Of a stretch of 13,544 nucleotides of DNA, positions 6,496 to 13,506 are shown in pieces; the stretch's first letter is position 1; each line of letters begins with the position of its first letter. The stretch is from an uncultured Erysipelotrichaceae bacterium (GTDB lineage: Bacteria > Bacillota_I > Bacilli_A > Erysipelotrichales > Erysipelotrichaceae). The position numbers and the translations under genes are program-made. The stretch covers positions 1-13,544 of the forward strand of contig CAYWGS010000036.1 in NCBI GenBank assembly GCA_964457525.1. The letters run 5' to 3'. The notes below the pieces were generated by a model, which worked only from the letters and a program-made list of their open reading frames with translations, ran no database searches and was not told the origin of the DNA.

Positions 6496-7698
6496 ATGGA
6501 AGTATATGTAGGTAGACAACCTATATTTGATCGCTATAACAACATCCTGGGTTATGAACTTTTATATCGTAGAAGTATGAACAACTTCTATGAAGGAAAT
6601 GATGCGGATAGAGATACAGCAGAAGTCATAAATAATGCTTTTTTTGTGATGCATTTTGAAGACTTAACCGAAGGTAAAAAAGCCTTTATCAATTTCACAG
6701 AAGCGATGATTGTTCAAAATGTACCCTTGTTATTACCTAAAGAAATGTTAATTATCGAGATACTCGAACAATCCAATATTACACAAGAACTCATAGAATC
6801 CTGTCTACAACTTAAAAAAGCAGGATACAAAATTGCACTAGATGACTTTATTTTTGATGAGAAGTTTGAGACATTGCTAGATATTGTGGATATTGTAAAG
6901 ATAGAGTTTCCAAATGTGAGTTTGTTTGATCAAAGGCAACTCATACATCGATATAAAAATAAAATCTCATTCTTAGCTGAAAAAGTTGAGACAAGAGAAG
7001 AGTATGATTTGGCTTTAAATATGGGCTATGAGTATTTTCAAGGGTATTTCTTTAGTAAACCTGTCATCGTAAAAGGAAAGGATATTCCAGTTCTAAATAC
7101 GAATATTATCCGAGTCATCAATGAATTGTATTCTTTGGAGCCAGATTTTAATCGAATCAGTCATATTATTGAATCTGATTTAGGATTATCCTACAAAATA
7201 TTGAAAGTATCCAATAAAGTTTATTTTGAAGCTCGATATGAAATCAAATCAATACGACATGCGATTGTACGATTGGGTATCAGTGAACTCAAACGTTGGT
7301 TTAATATATTACTCGTCAAAGATATTCAGATAGTAGAAAATAGAGATCTTATTAAAAATAGTTTAACTCGAGCTAAGTTCATGGAGTTGATCGCGCTTGA
7401 ATCCAATAATAAACAAGATTTTTTGGACTATTTCATGGTTGGAATGTTCTCTTCAATCGATACATTACTTAATCGGAATATGGAATCTATTGTAGAAGAG
7501 CTCCCGTTTACAGAACAGGTTAAAGATGCATTGTTAGGCAAACCCAATATTATTCATTCTGCATTAACGGTCGTATTAGATCATGAGTTTATAAGGCTTG
7601 AACAACTTGATATGATTAATCCTATCTTTAATATTTCACAAAGTCGATTTATGGAACTGTATATTCAAGCCATTCATTGGGTAAAAACGTTAGAATAA
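6496..7698 (+). CDS. EAL-HDOD c-di-GMP phosphodiesterase, PdeH/YuxH (COG3434) type
   Basis: 400-aa ORF with GGAG 8 nt upstream. N-terminal RQPIFDR...YELLYR, NFTE, EILE, ALDDF, KIEF, AEKVET and FQGYFF cover the EAL catalytic residues. The C-terminal half has an HDOD-like region (DLGLSYKILKVSN...IRHAIVRLG). Same length class and architecture as B. subtilis PdeH. Confidence 0.9.
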   Translation: MEVYVGRQPIFDRYNNILGYELLYRRSMNNFYEGNDADRDTAEVINNAFFVMHFEDLTEGKKAFINFTEAMIVQNVPLLLPKEMLIIEILEQSNITQELIESCLQLKKAGYKIALDDFIFDEKFETLLDIVDIVKIEFPNVSLFDQRQLIHRYKNKISFLAEKVETREEYDLALNMGYEYFQGYFFSKPVIVKGKDIPVLNTNIIRVINELYSLEPDFNRISHIIESDLGLSYKILKVSNKVYFEARYEIKSIRHAIVRLGISELKRWFNILLVKDIQIVENRDLIKNSLTRAKFMELIALESNNKQDFLDYFMVGMFSSIDTLLNRNMESIVEELPFTEQVKDALLGKPNIIHSALTVVLDHEFIRLEQLDMINPIFNISQSRFMELYIQAIHWVKTLE

Positions 7699-7699
7699 T

Positions 7700-8401
7700 A
7701 TGAAAAAGCAAACATTCAATTATAAATCAATTCCCTGTGTAATATGGGGTGAAGAATCTACCCATGTATTACTTGTAGTACATGGATTTATGTCGCATAA
7801 AGAGGATCGTTTTACTCGCAAATGTGCAGAAGTATGCGATGAGAAGGGTATCCAAGTATTTAGTTTTGATTTACCTGAACATGGTGACCGTAAACAACAA
7901 GAACCTGAACTTACGATTCAACAAGCAATCATTGAGATGAAATCGATTATGGAGTATTTACAATCAAAATATTCTAAAATAAGTTTAGGGGCATGCAGTT
8001 TAGGTGCATATTATAGTTTATTAGCCTATGCAGATGTTCCAATTCAAAACTGCATACTTCTATCACCTGTGGTTGATTTAATTGAATTAACTAACGGAAT
8101 GTTAGACAATGATAAAAAGACATTAGATGATCTTAGAAAGAATCCAATTCTTGTCTTAAGTGATGGGATGGTAGTAAAACTACAGGATTATGAATATCTC
8201 ATCCAACATCCTATAATAAATTGGAATATTCCAACATCAATCTTATATGGCTTGCATGATGCGCTCATTCCTATTACCAGTATTCAATCCTTTAGCTTAA
8301 AGTACAATTGTGAAGTTATTTATTCTAAGCATAGTGAACACTATTTTCATACAGAAGATGATATGATTCAGGTAAAGAATTGGATTAATCAAATCTTTTA
8401 A
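7700..8401 (+). CDS. Alpha/beta-fold hydrolase (esterase/lipase-type, substrate unknown)
   Basis: 233-aa ORF whose ATG lies 1 nt after the upstream stop. Nucleophile elbow ACSLG in LGACSLGAYY, candidate Asp in YGLHDALIP and His in SEHYFH. No signal peptide. Confidence 0.75.
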   Translation: MKKQTFNYKSIPCVIWGEESTHVLLVVHGFMSHKEDRFTRKCAEVCDEKGIQVFSFDLPEHGDRKQQEPELTIQQAIIEMKSIMEYLQSKYSKISLGACSLGAYYSLLAYADVPIQNCILLSPVVDLIELTNGMLDNDKKTLDDLRKNPILVLSDGMVVKLQDYEYLIQHPIINWNIPTSILYGLHDALIPITSIQSFSLKYNCEVIYSKHSEHYFHTEDDMIQVKNWINQIF

Positions 8402-8408
8402 GAAAACA

Positions 8409-9836
8409 ATGAACAAATTAATAAAGCACATCAGTGTAAGTGGCATTATTCTATGCGTACTGTTCGTGTCCTTGATTAACACGAGTGCTTTTACGAGTGA
8501 AAATTTCAATCGAATTGATGAGTACATCTTAGATTCGATGCATCAATCTAAGATTAGTGCATTAACTCTTACAATTATTCAAGAAAATGAAGTGATTTAT
8601 CAAAAGGTGTATCAAACAGGTGATTTTAAGTATCACTTGGATTTAGATACACCTTTTTATATCGGCTCAATTGGGAAATCCATTACAGCACTTGCGATTA
8701 AGCAATTAAGTAATGAAGGTCTTCTTGATATCAATGAGAATGTTAGTCGATATCTCCCATGGTTTAATCTAGTGGATGATCGTGGAAATGAGATTAAAGT
8801 AAGAGACTTAATTAGACATCGAAGTGGACTATCCACCATTGATGGGAACATGGCATATACCTATAATACCGATTATTCCATCGAAGAACTCTCTCAACTT
8901 ATAACGAATAAAGTACATATTAATAACCTAATTGGGAACATTAACTCTTATTCAAACCTTAATTACATCGTATTAGGTGCTATTATTGAGAAGATATCAG
9001 GGCTTGATTACGATACCTATGTTAAACAAAATATCTATACACCTCTTCACATGAATCATACGTATCATTCGTATGATGAAGCGAAAGAGAATGGTTTACT
9101 ACCAGGTTATCGTGTAATCAATGGAATAAGAATTCCAGTGAATGTTCCACATCCTGTTGCGCATGTACCGGCTGGTTTTCAACTATCCAGTACAAGTGAT
9201 ATGACAAACTATGTCTTGATGTTAATGAACCAAGGAATCTTTGAATCCAAGTCTCTTTTTGTGAATAATGTTCTAAGTTCAGACTCGAAGGTCTATGACC
9301 CTTATTGGCAAGAAATTGAAATTGAAGATGAGTACTATGGTCATACAGGAACTACTTTCTCATCGACGAGTCAAATGCTCATTAATCAGAGACAGAAGAT
9401 TGGGATACTCCTATTAACTAATGCACGGGATGTCAGTAGTACACATCCAATTACTGCAGCAGTGATGAGTGAAGGTGTAATTAGCTTATTAAGAGGGGTA
9501 AGTTATCATAATCCTAAATGGGATTTTAATTGGGCAATTTTTTCAATTAATCTTTTGTTCATTAGTTTCTTAGTCATTGATTGTATATTCTTTAAACGAT
9601 ATTTAAACATGAGTCATCGCTATAGTTTAAAACGTAAAATACGCTTCTTTATCGTAGATGGTATCTTACCTGTTATATTTCTAAGTATAATCAAGAACTA
9701 TTTTGATGTTTCATGGGACTTTATGATTAACGCATCCCCAGAGTACTCTTGGGTTGTTATATTTAGTTGTGTTGGATTAGTGATTATCGCGTGGATGAGG
9801 ATTGTTTATACACTGCTCAGGAGAAAAATAAAATGA
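8409..9836 (+). CDS. Beta-lactamase-fold serine hydrolase (class C / PBP4*-like family) with N-terminal signal/anchor and C-terminal 3-TM module
   Basis: 475-aa ORF. Has SxxK (SIGK), YxN (YSN) and HTG (the KTG equivalent). N-terminal hydrophobic segment IILCVLFVSLINTSAF. Three C-terminal helices (WAIFSINLLFISFLVIDCIFF; IRFFIVDGILPVIFLSII; WVVIFSCVGLVIIAWMRIVYTLL) with K/R-rich cytoplasmic loops. Confidence 0.85.
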   Translation: MNKLIKHISVSGIILCVLFVSLINTSAFTSENFNRIDEYILDSMHQSKISALTLTIIQENEVIYQKVYQTGDFKYHLDLDTPFYIGSIGKSITALAIKQLSNEGLLDINENVSRYLPWFNLVDDRGNEIKVRDLIRHRSGLSTIDGNMAYTYNTDYSIEELSQLITNKVHINNLIGNINSYSNLNYIVLGAIIEKISGLDYDTYVKQNIYTPLHMNHTYHSYDEAKENGLLPGYRVINGIRIPVNVPHPVAHVPAGFQLSSTSDMTNYVLMLMNQGIFESKSLFVNNVLSSDSKVYDPYWQEIEIEDEYYGHTGTTFSSTSQMLINQRQKIGILLLTNARDVSSTHPITAAVMSEGVISLLRGVSYHNPKWDFNWAIFSINLLFISFLVIDCIFFKRYLNMSHRYSLKRKIRFFIVDGILPVIFLSIIKNYFDVSWDFMINASPEYSWVVIFSCVGLVIIAWMRIVYTLLRRKIK

Positions 9837-10342
9837 AAGCATTACTTGTAATCGATGTACAAAAGGCAATGATTGAAGGCGATTCACCCGTCTTTCAAAG
9901 TGATTTAGTCTTACGTAATATTAAACATCTTATTGATCAAGCTCGAAAAGAACATATTCTAATCATCTATGTACAACACAATGAAGATGGTTCAGAATTT
10001 GAAAATGGATCAAGAACTTGGGAAATTGTGGACGATATCAAACCTCATAAGAAGGATCCTATTGTCCAAAAACGTAGACCAGATTCTTTTAAGAACACAA
10101 CATTAAAATCAATACTAGATGAGCATCATGTAGATGAGTTAATTATTGTTGGAATGCAGACGGAATATTGTGTAAATGCCACAAGTCTTAAGGCTGTAGA
10201 GTTGGGCTATCAAGTGAGTGTTGTAAGTGACGCACATACAACATTTAATGGAAAACTCAGTGCAGAGAAAATGATTACTCAACACCATAAGAAATGGTCT
10301 AAAGTGCTAAAGCTTGTGACATCAAGTGAAGTCTCGTTTTAG
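9833..10342 (+). CDS. Isochorismatase-family cysteine hydrolase
   Basis: 169 aa counted from ATG 9833 (MKALLVIDVQ...), with CAGGAG at 9818-9823 and an ATGA stop/start overlap with the upstream gene. Catalytic D (VIDVQ), K (VQKRRPDSF) and C (QTEYCVNAT). The tracked start at 9767 lies inside the upstream gene and adds non-homologous residues. Confidence 0.85.
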   Translation: MKALLVIDVQKAMIEGDSPVFQSDLVLRNIKHLIDQARKEHILIIYVQHNEDGSEFENGSRTWEIVDDIKPHKKDPIVQKRRPDSFKNTTLKSILDEHHVDELIIVGMQTEYCVNATSLKAVELGYQVSVVSDAHTTFNGKLSAEKMITQHHKKWSKVLKLVTSSEVSF

Positions 10343-10411
10343 ATATTTATTGCACAGATTTTGTCGAGAATGCTTAGAATGAATCTTTTATACTAAGTTT
10401 GAGGTTAATAA

Positions 10412-11287
10412 ATGGAAAATATTAAACGACTCAATGATGCGCTAGAGTACATTGAACAAAACTTGAAGACAGAGATTGATATGAACAAAATTAATCAAAT
10501 CGCAGGATGTTCGTCGTATCATTTTCAAAGAATGTTTAGTTTCTTAGCACAAATATCATTACATGAATACATCAAGCGTAGAAGACTTTCACTTGCCGCA
10601 ATTGATTGTATTGAAACAAACGAACGTCTGATTGATTTAGCATTTAAATATGGTTATCAATCCTACGATAGTTTTTCTCGAGCTTTTATCAGCTATCATG
10701 GCGTTACACCGAGTCGAATAAGAAAGGATCGAGTAACACTATCGATTTTTCCAAAGTTATCCTTCCAACTTACTGTGAAAGGAAATCAACAAATGAAAGT
10801 AAGAATACTTGAAAAAGAATCATTTAATTTAGTCGGTATATCGAAACGAGTATCGATACAGTTCAATGGAGTAAACCCAGACATCATGGCAATAGTGAGT
10901 GAACTTACTCTTGAGAAAATTATTCAACTGAAGTCAATTAATGATAAAGATCCTAAAGGCATTGTCAGTGCAAGTTATAATTTTAGTTCAACTCGAATGA
11001 ATGAGTCAGGAGAATGCGATCATTTAATCGGAGTTCATACAAGTTTAACTCAATTAGATAATTATACCGTTGTCAATGTTCCAGCATATACCTGGGCTGT
11101 ATTTGAAGTTATCGGTCCTTATCCACAAACATTACAAGAAACATGGGCAAAAATCTATTCGGAATGGCTTCCAAGTACAGATTATGAAACAATTGAAGCA
11201 CCAGAAATTGTTTGGAATGAGAGTCCAGACTTAACTAAAGAAGATTACCGCTCTGAAATATGGCTCGCAATTCGTAAAATGAAATAA
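10412..11287 (+). CDS. AraC/XylS-family transcriptional regulator with C-terminal GyrI-like effector-binding domain
   Basis: 291-aa ORF with GAGGT 7 nt upstream. N-terminal double HTH (IAGCSSYHFQRMF...; LAFKYGYQSYDSFSRAFISYHGVTPSRIR). The C-terminal ~165 aa have the GyrI-like/SbmC-type pattern (VRILEKESFNLVGIS...WAVFEV.GP...W.KIYSEWLP...EIW.). Confidence 0.9.
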   Translation: MENIKRLNDALEYIEQNLKTEIDMNKINQIAGCSSYHFQRMFSFLAQISLHEYIKRRRLSLAAIDCIETNERLIDLAFKYGYQSYDSFSRAFISYHGVTPSRIRKDRVTLSIFPKLSFQLTVKGNQQMKVRILEKESFNLVGISKRVSIQFNGVNPDIMAIVSELTLEKIIQLKSINDKDPKGIVSASYNFSSTRMNESGECDHLIGVHTSLTQLDNYTVVNVPAYTWAVFEVIGPYPQTLQETWAKIYSEWLPSTDYETIEAPEIVWNESPDLTKEDYRSEIWLAIRKMK

Positions 11288-11313
11288 GTAATTTATGTTA
11301 GAATTTATATAAC

Positions 11314-11860
11314 ATGTTAAACAAAGACGTTATATTACTCGAATTAGCAGAATTTCTTAATTCAAATAAAATTAACTGGGCATTAGGCGCATCATTTATG
11401 ATGAAACTTAGGGGCATCGAGGTCGATGTAAATGATATAGATCTCATGATACATGATCGTGATTTTGATCATGCTTGCCAATTAATCAGTAAACATGGGA
11501 TCGAAAAACCAATCAGTTACTCATCTGTTTTTCAAACAGAACGGTATAAGAAGTTCGAGTACAAGGATTTATCGATCGATTGTATGGCTGGTATGACGAT
11601 CCATACAGATTCAAGAATAATCAAGTATCATTTTGATCAAGCTGAATCATATGTTATTTTTAGATAATGCGAATATTCCATTATGTTACTTAGAAGATTG
11701 GTATGTATTATATCGATGCATGCCTAATCGTCAATCCAAAGTTGAAATGATTGAAACATATTTTATAAATCATCGAGCGAATAAAGAGCGTATTAAACAA
11801 CTCTTATTCATCGACTTAAATGACGATGATAAACAAGCACTAATGAATTTAATTCGGTAA
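11314..11860 (+). pseudogene. Pol-beta-superfamily nucleotidyltransferase split by a +1 frameshift at a T5 run (ORFs 11314-11667 and 11633-11860)
   Basis: The N-terminal piece carries the G[AS]x(n)DxD NTase motif (LGASFMMKLRGIEVDVNDIDLMI). The C-terminal piece continues in the next frame (DNANIPLCYLEDWYVLY...). Removing one T from TTTTT 11657-11661 fuses them into a single 181-aa ORF (..ESYVILDNANIPL..). Confidence 0.6.
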
Positions 11861-11870
11861 AGAGGTCAAT

Positions 11871-12593
11871 ATGAATCGAAATGTTGTTATTACGGGTGGA
11901 TCAAAAGGAATTGGTAAAGCATGTGTTGAAGCCTTCTTAAAAGAAGGCGATCATGTTATTTTTTGTGACTTAGATGAACCAATGAGTGCACAGTGCATTA
12001 GTGAATTGATGCCAATGGGGGTACTTTATTATTTCCCTTGTGATATATCAAGCTATGAATCGGTAAAAGATTTCTTTATCAAAGTGAAGAATGTTTTTGG
12101 AACGATTGATATTTTAGTTAATAATGCGGCAATTCAAATAGTGTCGGATTTTAACTCCATTAAAGTCGAAGATTGGGATCGTGTCATTCAAACGAATTTA
12201 AATGGAACATTCTACTGTATAAAGGAAGCGACTGAAATAATGAGTTCGGGTTCGATTGTTAATATTTCTAGTCTATATTCCAGTCAATCACGACTCAATA
12301 AGTTTAGTTATGATGCATCTAAAGCCGCAATTAAGCGCATGACAGAAGAATTTGCCCTTGCTTTAGCTCCAGATATCCGTGTCAATGCGATTGAACCAGG
12401 CGCAGTTTATACACCTATGAATAAAGATTTCGAGAATATTGAAGTCGAAAAGAAAGTACTTAGTCGGATTCCATTAAATCGTATTGCGGACGCATCCGAT
12501 ATTGCGAAAAATGTAGTGTATTTATGTTCTGACCAAGCCTCATATATTACAGGTGTATCGCTCAAGGTAGATGGTGGAAGGCACTTATTGTGA
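11871..12593 (+). CDS. Short-chain dehydrogenase/reductase (classical SDR, FabG-like)
   Basis: 240-aa ORF with AGAGG 6 nt upstream. TGGSKGIGKA cofactor motif, NNAA, catalytic Ser (NISS) and YDASK (YxxxK), and a PG motif (IEPGAVYTPM). Confidence 0.9.
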   Translation: MNRNVVITGGSKGIGKACVEAFLKEGDHVIFCDLDEPMSAQCISELMPMGVLYYFPCDISSYESVKDFFIKVKNVFGTIDILVNNAAIQIVSDFNSIKVEDWDRVIQTNLNGTFYCIKEATEIMSSGSIVNISSLYSSQSRLNKFSYDASKAAIKRMTEEFALALAPDIRVNAIEPGAVYTPMNKDFENIEVEKKVLSRIPLNRIADASDIAKNVVYLCSDQASYITGVSLKVDGGRHLL

Positions 12594-13036
12594 AATCGAT
12601 ATTTAAAAAAAGTTTAATCTTATTTATTTCATTTCTATTTGTTTTCAATTTAGTCGCATGTCAAAAAGTTGATCAACCCATTGAGTCTAATCCAATAAGT
12701 GAAGAAGGTTATTATACAAGCAAAGAAGATGTTTCATTGTATCTAATAACCTATCATCGATTGCCTGATAATTACATTACAAAGGATGAAGCAGAAGCGT
12801 TAGGATGGGAAAGCGATAAGGGTAATCTATGGAAAGTCAGTGATCAAAAATCCATCGGTGGCGATCGGTTCTACAATCGTGAAGGTTTATTACCTGAAGG
12901 TGTTTACTATGAATGTGATATTGATTATGAAGGTGGATTTAGAAATGCTAAGCGAATCGTTTATTCTGATACTTGGGAAATCTATTACACTGAGGACCAT
13001 TATGATTCATTCGAGTTAATCTATGAGGGAGACTAA
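12590..13036 (+). CDS. Barnase-family guanyl-preferring ribonuclease (N1/T1/barnase fold) with a lipoprotein signal peptide
   Basis: 148-aa ORF with a GTG start in a GTGA overlap with the SDR stop. The mature part aligns with B. amyloliquefaciens barnase (YHRLPDNYITKDEAEALGW, SIGGD-F-NREG-LP, GFRNAKRIVYS, YYTEDHYDSF), keeping the K27/E73/R83/R87/H102 equivalents. N-terminus MKSIFKKSLILFISFLFVFNLVAC ends in an LVAC lipobox. Confidence 0.9.
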   Translation: MKSIFKKSLILFISFLFVFNLVACQKVDQPIESNPISEEGYYTSKEDVSLYLITYHRLPDNYITKDEAEALGWESDKGNLWKVSDQKSIGGDRFYNREGLLPEGVYYECDIDYEGGFRNAKRIVYSDTWEIYYTEDHYDSFELIYEGD

Positions 13037-13037
13037 T

Positions 13038-13325
13038 ATGGAACGATTTCTAATAAATGGGAAGAGAATAAGTTCTAAAGATGATCTATACCCATATCTT
13101 AAGAAACAATTTAAGATAAACGAAATGGGACATAATTTAGATGCATTATGGGATTCTTTAAGTCATCGTAAATCCATTAAAAAAATAACGATTATACATG
13201 CGGATCATTTAAGTATTATCTTAGGAAAATACTCAGAATCTTTAATCCAACTGTTTAAGGATTTAAGTGAAAAGAACAAGATAGAACTTATAATCTATCC
13301 AGGTAAACGACATGAATCTCAATGA
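13038..13325 (+). CDS. Barstar-family ribonuclease inhibitor
   Basis: 95 aa counted from ATG 13038, with GAGGGAG at 13026-13032 and the start 1 nt after the RNase stop. MERFLINGKRISSKDDLYPYLKKQF and HNLDALWDSL parallel barstar's KKAVINGEQIRSISDLH...ENLDALWDCL, including the Asp35/Asp39-equivalent acidic helix. Confidence 0.9.
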   Translation: MERFLINGKRISSKDDLYPYLKKQFKINEMGHNLDALWDSLSHRKSIKKITIIHADHLSIILGKYSESLIQLFKDLSEKNKIELIIYPGKRHESQ

Positions 13326-13506
13326 ACTAAAAATTGGTGAACCCGCACGAAGAGCATTAAAAACACGTAACATTGAAACGCTAGAACAATGTTCCATGTT
13401 TACAAAGAATGAATTATTAGAACTCCATGGAGTAGGACCTAAAGCAATTCGAATTATTGAAGAAGAGCTTATTAAACAAAACTTATCTTATAAAAAGAGG
13501 CTGTAA
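13312..13506 (+). CDS. Small helix-hairpin-helix protein resembling the RNA polymerase alpha-subunit C-terminal domain
   Basis: 64-aa ORF whose ATG lies 14 nt inside the barstar 3' end. ARRALKTRNIETLEQ...ELLELHGVGPKAIRIIEEEL resembles the alpha-CTD pattern (xRxxNxLxxxxIxTxxxL...EL..xxxxGxKSxxEI...L). The SD is weak, so the coding call is less secure. Confidence 0.55.
   Translation: MNLNELKIGEPARRALKTRNIETLEQCSMFTKNELLELHGVGPKAIRIIEEELIKQNLSYKKRL

Noticed and set aside
10343-10411. Promoter for the AraC-family gene (TTGCAC ... TAGAAT)
   Set aside because: The best hexamer pair has a 19-nt spacer, and the alternatives are worse. I cannot support a specific call, though a promoter probably exists in this gap.
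3970-11287. A gyrase theme linking the Qnr-like pentapeptide protein with the GyrI-like domain of the AraC regulator
   Set aside because: GyrI-like is a structural family name. In AraC/MerR fusions the domain is a generic small-molecule binding module. The genes are 6 kb apart in different transcription units, so the link is only nominal.
11621-11667. Programmed ribosomal frameshifting in the nucleotidyltransferase gene
   Set aside because: The required shift is +1, and the site (ATT TTT AGA TAA) lacks a known +1 slippery/hungry-codon context: AGA is a common codon in AT-rich Gram-positives, and re-pairing on UUA is poor. No stimulatory SD-like element or structure is evident. A homopolymer indel is the simpler explanation.
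12590-13325. Barnase/barstar as an intracellular toxin-antitoxin or phage-defence module
   Set aside because: The RNase carries a clear export signal (lipobox), so it follows the classical secreted-RNase plus cytoplasmic-inhibitor arrangement. There are no neighbouring defence or mobility genes.
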